In this document: positions 23,978 through 34,337 of the stretch, in pieces
How the letters are laid out: each line of letters opens with the position of its first letter
Position numbering within the stretch: position 1 is the stretch's first letter
NCBI GenBank assembly: GCA_965644315.1
Contig: CBFFRQ010000149.1
Coordinates: 1-64,000 of the forward strand
Direction: 5' to 3'
Source of the DNA: Caecitellus pseudoparvulus
Lineage: Eukaryota; Protista; Bigyra: Bicosoecida
Length of the DNA stretch: 64,000 nucleotides
Program-made: the position numbers and the translations under genes
The notes under the pieces: model-generated
What the model was told of the DNA's origin: nothing
Database searches by the model: none
Seen by the model: only the letters and a program-made list of their open reading frames with translations

Positions 23978-24322
23978 ATGGTAAATATGAATAAGTATAT
24001 TGTAAGAAGAAATGAAGAGAAGGTAGGAGGACATACTCAACATGATATGTATATTGAAGCAAAGGATGGAGAAGAAATAAATTTTGATACCATCAAAGAA
24101 CTATATGGTCATATTGTCCCAAAGATAGATAAAAAATATGATGTTGATGAACTTGTTGTACTTGGACTTCGTAAAGATGGCATTATGAATATTAAAGGGT
24201 ATGGATCAACTATTGCCGAAACATTAGATAATTTAGATGAGTACCTAAATGGTAAGGTAAAAGTACAATCAAAGTTTCAATCTGTAAGATCATTAACTAT
24301 TTCATGGTTAGTGGAAGAATAA
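23978..24322 (+). CDS. Hypothetical protein between helicase and PolB
   Basis: 114-aa ORF with the upstream variant motif ACCTAAGGA. Confidence 0.6.
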   Translation: MVNMNKYIVRRNEEKVGGHTQHDMYIEAKDGEEINFDTIKELYGHIVPKIDKKYDVDELVVLGLRKDGIMNIKGYGSTIAETLDNLDEYLNGKVKVQSKFQSVRSLTISWLVEE

Positions 24323-24365
24323 ATTAATAAAATGACTTAAAGATAAGATTAGTATTTTATAATAT

Positions 24366-25604
24366 ATGATAGTATATTATAAAGACTCAGTATCAAGAAC
24401 TTATTTTTCATATGATGGAGGAAAGGTAAAGAAGAGCTATAAAAAAGCAAATGGGTATGAGATGTTAAAGAGCTTTGGAATAGATGCAGATGAAAACGGA
24501 CTCATAGAGTATTATGAAAAGATTCAAGAATATTCGAATGAATTAGAAAAATACTTATCCAATATACCAAGTACACGAAATCCTAAAAGAATGTTATTTA
24601 AAGGACTGGATCTAAGATTCTTTAAAAAGGATGGATGTAATACCTCACTAATGAATACTTTACTGAGCAATACACGCAAAGATAAGAAGAATTTGAAATC
24701 CTATGAACATATGACATATGAAGAATATAAATTTATGGATCAATCATACGATTCAGGTTTAATTGCAGGTACACCATACAAAGGTAAAGTATATGCTTAT
24801 GATCAAAAGAAATTTTATTCAATGACTTATGGATGTAGAAAAAGAAATTTTAAGTTTCCAGTAAAAAGAGGAAGATTTGAAACATTAACAGAGACACCCG
24901 AAAAGTTTGAATATGGATATTATCATATTAAAGTTGTTTCATCGGATCCAAGAGCAAAATTTCTTATTGGCTTTTCTAAGAAAAATTATTATGATCATTT
25001 TACATTGAATAAACTGAAATTTTTTCGTGATTGGGTCGGCCTAAATCTTAAATGGGAAATTATACAGGATGGTAAACCAAATGCTTTAATATATGATAAT
25101 GATACATTAGTAGATTCACATATTATTTTTGGATGGTATCAAGATATACTAATGAAAGCAAATGATAAATTACCAAAGAACCCTCTTATTAAGTTTATGT
25201 TAAATAATATGTTTGGATATCAAAAAATTAAACATCGGCCAATTTATAGAAAACTATCAAGTATTCAAAGCAAAACCGAAGAGGAACAAAAAAATATTTT
25301 ACCAATTCTTAGTAAGTCTTATGTAAACAAGAAAGGTGAACGTGTGTATTATACAGTAAAAAGAGAGCGTATATTCTTATATACAACTGCAAGAATGGGA
25401 TATTTTCTACCTGCCACTTGTAGAGCTAAGATGTCAAATTTAATAGCTCCAATTCTTGATGATGTAGTAAGGATATATATTGATGGTTTCATATGTAAAA
25501 AGAATCATGATGAAGTAATAACAAAGTTTATTTGTCAGGATCATAAGTACCACAATAAGACAATAGATATTAAAAGCTCACAAACAATTTACTTTTTGGA
25601 TTGA
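24366..25604 (+). CDS. Short, divergent family-B (protein-primed-like) DNA polymerase, inner element
   Basis: AYDQKKFY, IKFMLNNMFG and RIYIDGF motifs; clearly homologous to the 19740 ORF (SYDG, SGLI, FSK.N.Y, KYHNK). Confidence 0.7.
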   Translation: MIVYYKDSVSRTYFSYDGGKVKKSYKKANGYEMLKSFGIDADENGLIEYYEKIQEYSNELEKYLSNIPSTRNPKRMLFKGLDLRFFKKDGCNTSLMNTLLSNTRKDKKNLKSYEHMTYEEYKFMDQSYDSGLIAGTPYKGKVYAYDQKKFYSMTYGCRKRNFKFPVKRGRFETLTETPEKFEYGYYHIKVVSSDPRAKFLIGFSKKNYYDHFTLNKLKFFRDWVGLNLKWEIIQDGKPNALIYDNDTLVDSHIIFGWYQDILMKANDKLPKNPLIKFMLNNMFGYQKIKHRPIYRKLSSIQSKTEEEQKNILPILSKSYVNKKGERVYYTVKRERIFLYTTARMGYFLPATCRAKMSNLIAPILDDVVRIYIDGFICKKNHDEVITKFICQDHKYHNKTIDIKSSQTIYFLD

Positions 25605-26599
25605 TTCTTCTTTTTTTCTTCATATTCCTTTACTATATCTGGAACTTGTTTTTTAATTCTTATTTTGTTTTCCCAAGTTGCATTTTTCTTAGGAAAACCT
25701 TTCCACCATACTTTATATTGTCCTCTCCTATCATCTATTATTTCTCTGACTTCAAATGTTTCTTCACCACTGGCTAGTTTAAGTTCTGATTCTGCAAATG
25801 ATACATTTGGTAAATAATTTAATTGATATCGTACTGGAACATTTCCTTTATATGCCAGTATTTGTTTAATTTTTCTAGCTTTCTTACTAAATCTTCTATC
25901 TCCTGTTCTAAATCCTCCTTGAACGGGATTTCCTAATGAATCTTCGGCCTGAGATGGTGTCAGCTTATAATATACAAGATCACCTATTTTAAATTTTGGA
26001 GAGATCATCTTAATTTTTGCAAATTTAAATTTGTTTGGTTCAACTTTTCTTATTTTGTTTAATTTAGTTCTTACCTGAGATAAAATATCTGTCCATTCTC
26101 TATAAGGTTTATTAGTTTCTTCTTCTTTTTTGTTCATGTATCCATTAAATAGTCTTCCAAGTGTTTTATTTAATCTTTCCACATTTGCCATTTGCTGGTG
26201 TCTTCCTTTCATTGCTGTTTTTTTTAAAATTGATTCATCAAATAGAAATTTGGCAAAATCACCTTTAAACTCTCCTCCTCCATCTGTTCTTATACTTGCT
26301 TCTGGTAAATTAATATGTTTTCGTTTAATCATCTTTTTAAATGCACCTAAAACAGTATTTGGTCTTTTAGTTTTTAGTGGTTCAATATCAAATTCATTAG
26401 TCCATAAATCAACAACAACTAATAAATATTTAAATCCTTCTTTGGTCTTTGGTAGCTCTAATAAATCAGCTTGAAAATTATAATCTTCTTCAGGATAGAT
26501 TACCCCTTTAACTTTTGTAAACTGAGTTTCTTTAGGTTGTGGTTTAGTAAAAGTCTCATCAATTCCCAATTCAGATATTAACTCTTTTATTTTGCTCAT
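25589..26599 (-). CDS. rve (retroviral-type DDE) integrase with C-terminal chromodomain, intact
   Basis: FQADL, RTDGGGEF and VERLNKTL catalytic motifs; chromodomain FEVREII...YKVWWKGF...ATWE. Confidence 0.92.
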   Translation of the reverse strand: MSKIKELISELGIDETFTKPQPKETQFTKVKGVIYPEEDYNFQADLLELPKTKEGFKYLLVVVDLWTNEFDIEPLKTKRPNTVLGAFKKMIKRKHINLPEASIRTDGGGEFKGDFAKFLFDESILKKTAMKGRHQQMANVERLNKTLGRLFNGYMNKKEEETNKPYREWTDILSQVRTKLNKIRKVEPNKFKFAKIKMISPKFKIGDLVYYKLTPSQAEDSLGNPVQGGFRTGDRRFSKKARKIKQILAYKGNVPVRYQLNYLPNVSFAESELKLASGEETFEVREIIDDRRGQYKVWWKGFPKKNATWENKIRIKKQVPDIVKEYEEKKKNQSKK

Positions 26600-26658
26600 T
26601 ATATAATTAATTAATAAAATAACTTAAACATAAAATGCGTTTTAAGGAATAAACTAAA

Positions 26659-26967
26659 ATGAAAATTGTTAATGCGAGATATTGTACTTTAAATGGAAAG
26701 CTATTGACTTGTCCCAGACAGAACACATCTATCAGATTTGAAGATAAAGAATTAATTCTAACATTCACAACTCCCTTATTTATAACTAACGTTCATGCAT
26801 ATGATTTTAAGAGCTGTGTAGAGGTAGATTCAGCAAGCTATAATGTAATACTAAATTTTCCAGATATTGGAGTATCACTTGTTTATAAGTTTACTAAATC
26901 AGGATTTGAAAAAATTAATGATGCAATTAATGAGAGATTAAAACTTATTGGTGAATCAGAAAAATAA
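26659..26967 (+). CDS. Hypothetical protein
   Basis: 102-aa ORF with ACTTAAACA upstream and a hairpin downstream. Confidence 0.6.
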   Translation: MKIVNARYCTLNGKLLTCPRQNTSIRFEDKELILTFTTPLFITNVHAYDFKSCVEVDSASYNVILNFPDIGVSLVYKFTKSGFEKINDAINERLKLIGESEK

Positions 26968-27022
26968 CTCAATTTATTATTTCAAGAAGCAAAACATAAT
27001 TATTTATATTTTGTTTCAAGTA

Positions 27023-27253
27023 CTATTCTTTCATTTTATTTTGATCATCCAATACATCAATAATTATTTTTATTCCAAAAGTTTCAATGAGATCTTTTGT
27101 ATTCTGTTCAATGATTTTTTCTCTTTTTTCTTGAATGGCTTTCGTCATAATGGAATACCAGATGCCATTGTGTTTTCTCCTTTGCTTTGATCTTGAAATC
27201 ATATTATATAAGTAATATATAAATGACAGAATTTTCAAAAACTGTTTATTCAA
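27023..27253 (-). CDS. Hypothetical small protein (start likely internal, MISRSK)
   Basis: ORF with protein-like composition, converging on the 26984 hairpin. Confidence 0.4.
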   Translation of the reverse strand: MNKQFLKILSFIYYLYNMISRSKQRRKHNGIWYSIMTKAIQEKREKIIEQNTKDLIETFGIKIIIDVLDDQNKMKE

Positions 27254-27696
27254 TGACAGAATTTAAAAAAGACTTTGAAACATGTATGAATATGTTTGAT
27301 TACATTCTTTATAAAGTAAAAGATTCTCCATTAGAAGATAGAATTGATATGAGTTTGAGAACAAGACAAGAGAACTTACAACATTTATTTAATGTCTATC
27401 ATGATTGCGTAAAAATAGATGAGTACAAGAGTGATTGTAATTTAATAAGATGTAGAATTAAGCGATTATCTGAAGAAGATGATAAAGACTTTAGGAGAGA
27501 GTACAACAGACTATACACATACAGACTAAGAAAGGAAATTACATTAGAACATTGGAAAGATATTTATGAAAGATTGAAAAAGAAATATAGGAGAAAAGGA
27601 AGGGATAGAGAAGCTAGAAGAAAGAGAATTGAAAGGCAAGATAAATTAGATTTTGATAAATGGACTAAAATGAAAAAAATAACAATGATAATATAA
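27223..27696 (+). CDS. Hypothetical basic protein
   Basis: 157-aa ORF; duplicated MTEF start; hairpin downstream at 27711-27743. Confidence 0.55.
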   Translation: MTEFSKTVYSMTEFKKDFETCMNMFDYILYKVKDSPLEDRIDMSLRTRQENLQHLFNVYHDCVKIDEYKSDCNLIRCRIKRLSEEDDKDFRREYNRLYTYRLRKEITLEHWKDIYERLKKKYRRKGRDREARRKRIERQDKLDFDKWTKMKKITMII

Positions 27697-27770
27697 TAAT
27701 ATAGTTTTTTAAGAAGCAAAATATAATTATTTATATTTTGTTTTAAATAAAAGTTCTTTGAAAGTCCTTT

Positions 27771-28334
27771 TCAGAATTTATTACGCAATTTGAACGTGGT
27801 GCGAATGACAGAATAAAGAGTATCATAACTATCAAAAATATTTAGTACGTCCTCACTACAAGCACTAATTAGTTCCATTCTTTTACGTTCCATTTCTGCT
27901 ACATTTGCAGTATTACGACCTTCACATATTGATTTAAAAAGCGAGTTTGAAGGTGTCAGAACAGCAATGTTTGATTCATCAACACCAAGATACTTTGCTT
28001 CACCAATAGAGGAACAAATCAAAATTAGTTTGTAATCTTTCAAATCCTTTTTTACTTTATCTACATATTCCTTAGCTTTCATTAAATAATTAATATCTGC
28101 GTTTGTATCACCATCAACAGCGACAGATTGGCCAACATCAATTAAATAGACACCTGAATCTGCTTTAAGTTTGTTTGCCAGTGTAGATTTTCCAGTCATG
28201 CAACTCATAACAATAGCACCAAATCTAATTTTAGACCATTTCTTCTTTTTTGATTTTCCAAAACATGAATAAGCGGTTTTAGCACCAATTGATACCAAAC
28301 CAGCACCTAAAATTAATGCATTTTCCATTTCCAT
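27771..28334 (-). CDS. N-terminally hydrophobic P-loop-like protein (inner)
   Basis: FGAIVMSCMTGKST; 187 aa; close homolog at 40220-40783. Confidence 0.6.
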   Translation of the reverse strand: MEMENALILGAGLVSIGAKTAYSCFGKSKKKKWSKIRFGAIVMSCMTGKSTLANKLKADSGVYLIDVGQSVAVDGDTNADINYLMKAKEYVDKVKKDLKDYKLILICSSIGEAKYLGVDESNIAVLTPSNSLFKSICEGRNTANVAEMERKRMELISACSEDVLNIFDSYDTLYSVIRTTFKLRNKF

Positions 28335-28380
28335 AAATATATTATAGTAAGAGAAAAAAACTATATTTCCATAAATATAA

Positions 28381-28665
28381 TCATTTTTTATTAAAGAAGA
28401 ATTGCTTATTATATGCTTTCATTGCATCTTTTAAGTTTGTCTCATCACCCCATAAAATATAATATGATAAGTATCCTGCTCTTTTTGGGTCTTTAGTTTC
28501 TAAATCTCTTTCATGTCTGGCTCTATAATTCTTTCTTTTCTCTTTGTCCTTGTGGTCAATAAATGTGCTACCTTCCTTTTGTCCAAATGAAGTTTTTGAA
28601 CCATCTTTAAATATAGCTGTAAATCTTTTATCCTTTCTTGCTGATGGTATTATATCTAGAATCAT
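28381..28665 (-). CDS. Small conserved viral protein (RK.KRF...FGQ..G..F/YIDHKD...RH type)
   Basis: Close homolog at 41980-42255; the pattern is recalled from small NCLDV/virophage proteins. Confidence 0.65.
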   Translation of the reverse strand: MILDIIPSARKDKRFTAIFKDGSKTSFGQKEGSTFIDHKDKEKRKNYRARHERDLETKDPKRAGYLSYYILWGDETNLKDAMKAYNKQFFFNKK

Positions 28666-28702
28666 ATATACTTATACTACAAATTTTATTTTATATTTAA
28701 AT

Positions 28703-31243
28703 TTATACTACTACTCTAGATATTATAGCATTTCCATAAAATTCAAATGGTGTTCCACTACCACTTCTTGAACCTATATCCATTGTAAGTTGCTTAATTC
28801 CTGTTGAGGTATATTCAACAATCCATTTTAGATTAATACTACCAGTAGCCGTAGATGAATTGCTCATACCAGTCCTTGATAAATCAATTCCTCTTGCTCC
28901 ACCAGGTGCTGATAGATTACCAACAGACCCGGGAGCAGTTAGAATTAGCGTAAAATGTCTATCAGTTAATGTCGGTTCGTTTTGTTTTATATTAATAGTA
29001 TAATCAATCATATAATGTCCTGTCTTTGTTAAATTAAAAGCACCAACATTATATGAAGAATATATAGGTAAATTAGTACAACTCATACTTAAACTCGTAA
29101 CCGTAGCAGAGTAAGATCGAGCAATATTATCAACATAATTTTTTGTTGCTGCGTCTGAGCCTACTACTGGTTCTGCTAATTCTTCTATTTTTTGGTTTCC
29201 CATTCTTAATTCAAAATTGCTTTCTATAAATGAATTTGCGATTCTAAAAGCCAAATCATTTGTAAAACCATTAAAAGTATAAAAACGGTGTCCAGCAGCT
29301 CCTGAATTAACTAAATTATCATATCTAATATAATTTGACTCCATATATATGCTTGAAACGTTTTTATTGTTATCACTAGGGCGGATTAATATTAATTTTT
29401 TTGCTTCTGCTTCATTAATATTTTGAATGTTATTATCATTCATATTTATATCAGTATTGAAAGAACCAGCAGTAGCAACAGCATTATCAACATAATTTTT
29501 TGTTGCTGCATCTGTATTTGCTGTAGGTTCCGCCAGTTGTTCTATTTTATTATACCCCATATTTAATTTATAATTAGTATCAATATGATTTCTTGTAATT
29601 TGAAGAGCCATAACATCGTTTGCTCCGTCTTTTACGTAAAATCTGTGACCTCCAAATGAGCTATTTATTAAACTATCATAACTTATATAATTTCCAACCA
29701 TTCTAATATTTGCCACGCTTTTATTCCCATCATCAGGTTTGATTAATGTTAATCTTTTTACTTGTGCTTCATCAATATCTAAAATGTCATTATCATTTAA
29801 ATTTTGTTGTGTATATATTGAAACGCTACTTTCTGAAAATTGGGCTATGTCTTGGTCTCCTGAAGTTTCTGTAAGTGTAGTTATTTTAAATCCTTTTTCT
29901 GGTGCTGTTGAGTACAATTCTAAAGATGTTCCTGCCCCTGCATTATTAGTTCTAAATTCCCAAGGTCTTCCAGTTTCAAAACGTAATAAGCTTTGCATTC
30001 CTGCTGATGTATTCTCAAGTATCATTTTATTTGTGAAAGTTTTTTCACCCCCTACATTTTGATTTGTTGTTAAATTTACATAATCAGTTGGTATATTATC
30101 ATCTACATATTTTTTTGTTGCTGCTTCATCGTCATCTACAGGCTCAGCAAGACCATAAAGAATATTATTTGACATATTAAAAGGTAGTAATGATTGAACG
30201 CTATTATAATTTATATTAAATGTATTTATTACAGTTCCAGAATTATTATTAAAAAATGAATGTCTATTATTTCCACTACCATTAACATAACGCATTATAT
30301 TTGTTGTTGGTTCTGACTCAAGATAGTTTGCTTCACTGCCGTCAGTCCTAATTAATATCATTTTATTAGTTTGTATATCTTGTTCAGTAATCAGGGTATT
30401 TGTGAAAGTTTTTTCACCCCCTACAGTTTGATTTGTTGTTAAATTTACATAATCAGTTGGTGCATTATCATCTACATATTGTTTTGTTGCTGCATCTCCA
30501 GGAAGTGAAGGAGAACCAACAGATACCAATCTATTATTATTCATTGAAAGCCCTTTTAAACAGTCAATTTGATTCGTTTGTGCGTTAATTCGTAGCATTA
30601 ATGTTTCTGTTCCTCCCTGCATAGTATAAAATGTGTGGCTTCCTGATGATGATTCATTTAAAAATACCAAATCGCCGTTTTCATCTGAATATATTGCTCT
30701 GTCTGTGTCTTGTGTGCTTGGATTAATGAACTTTGATTTGTGTAAATGTGTATCAGTATTAAATGTTTTAACCCCTGAAATATCTTGATTACCTGATAAT
30801 TTAACCGTATTATTATCAAATTGTTGCTTTGTAATTGGTTCGTTTTGGCTGTTTGCATCTCGCACTCTTACCGTGCCTAAATCATAAGGTTGTTCTAATG
30901 TTGTTAATGGCTCTGCTGAAGCATTATTATAAACAATACCTACATCTTGACCACTTTTGAATATTAAACCTTTGTATCTTGTATTTCCTCCTATAACTTC
31001 TTTTGAAGTAAAACCAGTATCAGCATTTACAGCAGGTGAAGCATTATTAAATTCAACAATTGCATCTTTTACTTTGAATGTTTCAACTTCATTAATGATT
31101 TCTTCACCATCTACTTCTAAATTATTTTGAATAGTTACATTTTTAAATGTTATGTTCTCTGCATTCTCCAATCCTTCTATTACTGATTCAATAACACCTG
31201 AACCATTTAAATTTAAAGAATATGATAATCTTGTATCGTCCAT
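28703..31243 (-). CDS. Putative fibre/receptor-binding protein (inner)
   Basis: Repeated DAATKxYVD, NQxVGGEKTF and MNNNxI shaft motifs; adjacent to the penton gene. Confidence 0.7.
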   Translation of the reverse strand: MDDTRLSYSLNLNGSGVIESVIEGLENAENITFKNVTIQNNLEVDGEEIINEVETFKVKDAIVEFNNASPAVNADTGFTSKEVIGGNTRYKGLIFKSGQDVGIVYNNASAEPLTTLEQPYDLGTVRVRDANSQNEPITKQQFDNNTVKLSGNQDISGVKTFNTDTHLHKSKFINPSTQDTDRAIYSDENGDLVFLNESSSGSHTFYTMQGGTETLMLRINAQTNQIDCLKGLSMNNNRLVSVGSPSLPGDAATKQYVDDNAPTDYVNLTTNQTVGGEKTFTNTLITEQDIQTNKMILIRTDGSEANYLESEPTTNIMRYVNGSGNNRHSFFNNNSGTVINTFNINYNSVQSLLPFNMSNNILYGLAEPVDDDEAATKKYVDDNIPTDYVNLTTNQNVGGEKTFTNKMILENTSAGMQSLLRFETGRPWEFRTNNAGAGTSLELYSTAPEKGFKITTLTETSGDQDIAQFSESSVSIYTQQNLNDNDILDIDEAQVKRLTLIKPDDGNKSVANIRMVGNYISYDSLINSSFGGHRFYVKDGANDVMALQITRNHIDTNYKLNMGYNKIEQLAEPTANTDAATKNYVDNAVATAGSFNTDINMNDNNIQNINEAEAKKLILIRPSDNNKNVSSIYMESNYIRYDNLVNSGAAGHRFYTFNGFTNDLAFRIANSFIESNFELRMGNQKIEELAEPVVGSDAATKNYVDNIARSYSATVTSLSMSCTNLPIYSSYNVGAFNLTKTGHYMIDYTINIKQNEPTLTDRHFTLILTAPGSVGNLSAPGGARGIDLSRTGMSNSSTATGSINLKWIVEYTSTGIKQLTMDIGSRSGSGTPFEFYGNAIISRVVV
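30029..30493. repeat. ~96-bp near-identical direct repeat within the fibre gene (30029-30124 and 30398-30493)
   Basis: Both copies encode AATKxYVDDNxPTDYVNLTTNQxVGGEKTFTN. Confidence 0.85.
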
Positions 31244-31291
31244 ATATTATATAGTGTATAAAATTAATTTTTATAAACTACAGTGTACAAT

Positions 31292-32134
31292 TTAATAATG
31301 TTCTTGGGCTGTTCTATATTGCTTAATTATTAAAGATAATTTGACTGAACCACCTTTCAATTTGACCTCTTGATATTCATCATCTAATAAAATAAAATCC
31401 ATTTGGTTAATTTGATTGTTTTCTAATAAATCATGATTAAAGAATATTTCATCATCTGATACATAACTTGAGTATGTACCTGTTCCTGATTCTATATTTA
31501 AACTTAATAGTACTGGATACTTAAGCCTGTTTAATCCTGAACCAAAGAATGAATTATTTAAAATACCATTTTTCATACAAATAAAAACTTTACTGGTACT
31601 AATTAAATTTGGATAATTTAAACCTTCCATATTATCGGATGGATCAATTTTTAATGCTTCACCATCATTATACTGTTCTTGTGTAAAACCTATTTTATTC
31701 CAAAACTTACCATAATTACCAACTGTTGAAAATTTAACATAATCAGTATCATTATTCACAATTTTTAATTTTAATGTTGATTGTTCTTGTGATACTGAAA
31801 CATTACCACCAGCATTATTTATTGTTGTTTGTAAATATGTTGCAAATTGCTCAGTAGATGAAAAAACTAAATTTTCGCTTATAGTGTGTTCTGTTGTTGC
31901 TCCATTTTCTATTTCAATAGAAAATGTAGCTCTATCAATTGGGTTAAATTGTGGAAATGTATTAGGGACGGATGCAGATTGAACAATAAGACGGTGGATA
32001 TAATCACCACCTGATAAAACTAATGGTGTAGTATTAAATTCAGTTGTCCATTCAAAAGATGTATCACTTGGTCTTTTGTCAATTGCACTATTAATATAAA
32101 CTTCTAAAGTATTATTGATGTCAATTAAGCTCAT
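31292..32134 (-). CDS. Putative PLV-type minor capsid protein (penton)
   Basis: 280 aa; VYINS, SASVPNTF and C-terminal FILLDDEYQEVKLKGGSVKLSLII pattern typical of PLV/Polinton pentons; adjacent to the MCP. Confidence 0.7.
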   Translation of the reverse strand: MSLIDINNTLEVYINSAIDKRPSDTSFEWTTEFNTTPLVLSGGDYIHRLIVQSASVPNTFPQFNPIDRATFSIEIENGATTEHTISENLVFSSTEQFATYLQTTINNAGGNVSVSQEQSTLKLKIVNNDTDYVKFSTVGNYGKFWNKIGFTQEQYNDGEALKIDPSDNMEGLNYPNLISTSKVFICMKNGILNNSFFGSGLNRLKYPVLLSLNIESGTGTYSSYVSDDEIFFNHDLLENNQINQMDFILLDDEYQEVKLKGGSVKLSLIIKQYRTAQEHY

Positions 32135-32215
32135 TTTATATATTCTTAATTGAGAAAATAAAAATTCAATTATTCTTTTATTGTTTTATAAAATAAAAGA
32201 ATACTATATATTTAT

Positions 32216-33544
32216 TTATTCAACTACTTTTGCTACACCACCTGCTAGTTCTAATTGTCTTTTGAATTTTACTAAGCATACTAAATTTTTATTTGCATAA
32301 TTTGCAGGTGCAGCAGATGTATCAAAATCAACTACTAAAGCAGATGAACCAACTAAACTATTAAAACCATTTTCTGTTGCATGTTGGCTGTCTTCTGGTG
32401 TTTTTAGGAACAGACCGCCAAGGACTTGACATTTATTATTACTTCTTTTCATTTGATCTGAATATTCAGAAGCATAGCTCTTACTGTGTAGTTCTGGTTT
32501 TGCGGTTCTTAATACTCCTTCAAAATGATCAGTATATAGAGATTCACCATTTGCACCATTTACATTTGCATAGGGTTCTCCTGTAAATTGTATACGATAA
32601 TTTGAAACAAAATTAAAATTTGTGCTAGTAGTCCATAAAAAATCGTTGACTGGGTCTGTATTAAGTGTATTAAATCCATTAGCATCAGAACTTCCTGCGG
32701 GAATGGTAACATAAGCAGGTAATAAAAGTGTGCTGATAATATCACGCTTTTTAATATTAAATTGGTGTGAATGTGTGGTTGCTTGTTGAAGGGTTTGATA
32801 AGATAAATCATAACCATAAAATCTATTTACAATTCCTTTCATACTTGAACTATTTGAAGTTGGATCAACCTTTTTTAACATCAGTTGAGCACCTAGATTT
32901 GTTAATTGGTATGCTTCCATACTAAATTTTACATTATTTAATTCATATTTTATTGGTGCTGTTGGAGCTGTTCCACCAGATACAAATAACATATCTAATT
33001 TACTTTGAAGAGTAATTTGTATGTTAATAGGAGTGTTGCCAACAGGAATTAATTTCTTTAAATCTAAACCAAAAAGAGACATAGGAATTGAAAAACTATA
33101 ACTTGATCCACCTGTTGCATCAAATACAACATTTTGAAGAGCCTTAACGTTATGAATTGCTAGTTCTTCTGCACTCATATTTAATTTTTTATTCATCATA
33201 GCTACTAAATATGCATGTTTGCTTAAATTTACAACTAAAGCACCTCCTACATAAACTTTTATTTGTTCAATAGCTGAGCAAATATCGCCACACAGTTTTA
33301 CATTTGAACCTGCTTGACCTCCAGAAACTTTAAATTCACCATCTAATGATAGCGTATCAGCTTGTGGAACATGTGAGCCTGTTTGAATTGTAGCATTTAG
33401 ATTAGTATTTAAATTACCAAATCCGCTTCGTGTTCCTTGTAAATCATATTGTAATCTTGAACGTGAATTAACAAGTTTATTTGCTTTCGTTCTTACACCA
33501 TCCAAAACACCACCTAATAGATAAATTTCATCTTTCTTTTCCAT
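32216..33544 (-). CDS. Putative PLV-type double-jelly-roll major capsid protein
   Basis: 442 aa, beta-rich; SAIEQIKVYVGGALV and FSIPMSLFG...LIPV...INIQITL patterns; lies between ATPase and penton. Confidence 0.72.
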   Translation of the reverse strand: MEKKDEIYLLGGVLDGVRTKANKLVNSRSRLQYDLQGTRSGFGNLNTNLNATIQTGSHVPQADTLSLDGEFKVSGGQAGSNVKLCGDICSAIEQIKVYVGGALVVNLSKHAYLVAMMNKKLNMSAEELAIHNVKALQNVVFDATGGSSYSFSIPMSLFGLDLKKLIPVGNTPINIQITLQSKLDMLFVSGGTAPTAPIKYELNNVKFSMEAYQLTNLGAQLMLKKVDPTSNSSSMKGIVNRFYGYDLSYQTLQQATTHSHQFNIKKRDIISTLLLPAYVTIPAGSSDANGFNTLNTDPVNDFLWTTSTNFNFVSNYRIQFTGEPYANVNGANGESLYTDHFEGVLRTAKPELHSKSYASEYSDQMKRSNNKCQVLGGLFLKTPEDSQHATENGFNSLVGSSALVVDFDTSAAPANYANKNLVCLVKFKRQLELAGGVAKVVE

Positions 33545-33590
33545 TATATATATATTTATAAAAGAAAAAATATTTTACTAAAAGAATTAA

Positions 33591-34316
33591 TTAAAACTTA
33601 CTATATATTTCTTTCATTTTGTTATTATAAATCTTCCCTGTTTTCTTGTTCAATAAAATAAAACTATACTTTTCATTCAAATTATCATATACAAGGTCTT
33701 TGAAATCATCTGTATTTATATATTGTGAAAAATTATCATCATATACTTTCCATATTTCACCATCTGAGCAATTCCAATAAATAGAAACTAAAGTTGAATT
33801 AAGCATTCTTACATCACGTCCTAAAAAATGATACTTTTGTGTTGCTATTATGCATCCTGTGTTCTTATGTCTACCACTTGCAAACAATTCAGATAAAAAA
33901 TTTGTTCTATGATTTGTATTCATTTCATGGTTATATGCCATATCATCAAAAATAAAAATATGTGGAACTTTTGGATTTAATCCTTTGTAAATACTCTTTA
34001 ATTCTTCAAAATCTAAAAAATCCATAATTAATAATTGCTCCTCATCTAGCTTTAGTTTGTCTGCCATTTTTGATATATGTCTTATTGTTGTATCTGTTCC
34101 ACTGATTACAATAATTCTGCTATCTTCTGATTTCGTGTAATAATCTTTACACCAATTCCATAATATGTTATGTATCATTTGAGTTTTTCCTGCTTGACTG
34201 GGCCCTATTAATATCATTCGTGGATGTTCTCCTATAATTGGATGAATTAAACTTTTATATTTTTTATCTTTGGTTATGTCATCTTCTTCAAATGTATAAA
34301 CTTTAAATTCTGTCAT
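33591..34316 (-). CDS. A32/FtsK-HerA packaging ATPase (inner)
   Basis: GPSQAGKT, FIFDD, SGRH and IATQ motifs. Confidence 0.9.
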   Translation of the reverse strand: MTEFKVYTFEEDDITKDKKYKSLIHPIIGEHPRMILIGPSQAGKTQMIHNILWNWCKDYYTKSEDSRIIVISGTDTTIRHISKMADKLKLDEEQLLIMDFLDFEELKSIYKGLNPKVPHIFIFDDMAYNHEMNTNHRTNFLSELFASGRHKNTGCIIATQKYHFLGRDVRMLNSTLVSIYWNCSDGEIWKVYDDNFSQYINTDDFKDLVYDNLNEKYSFILLNKKTGKIYNNKMKEIYSKF

Positions 34317-34337
34317 ATACTATTTATTTAGATTTTT

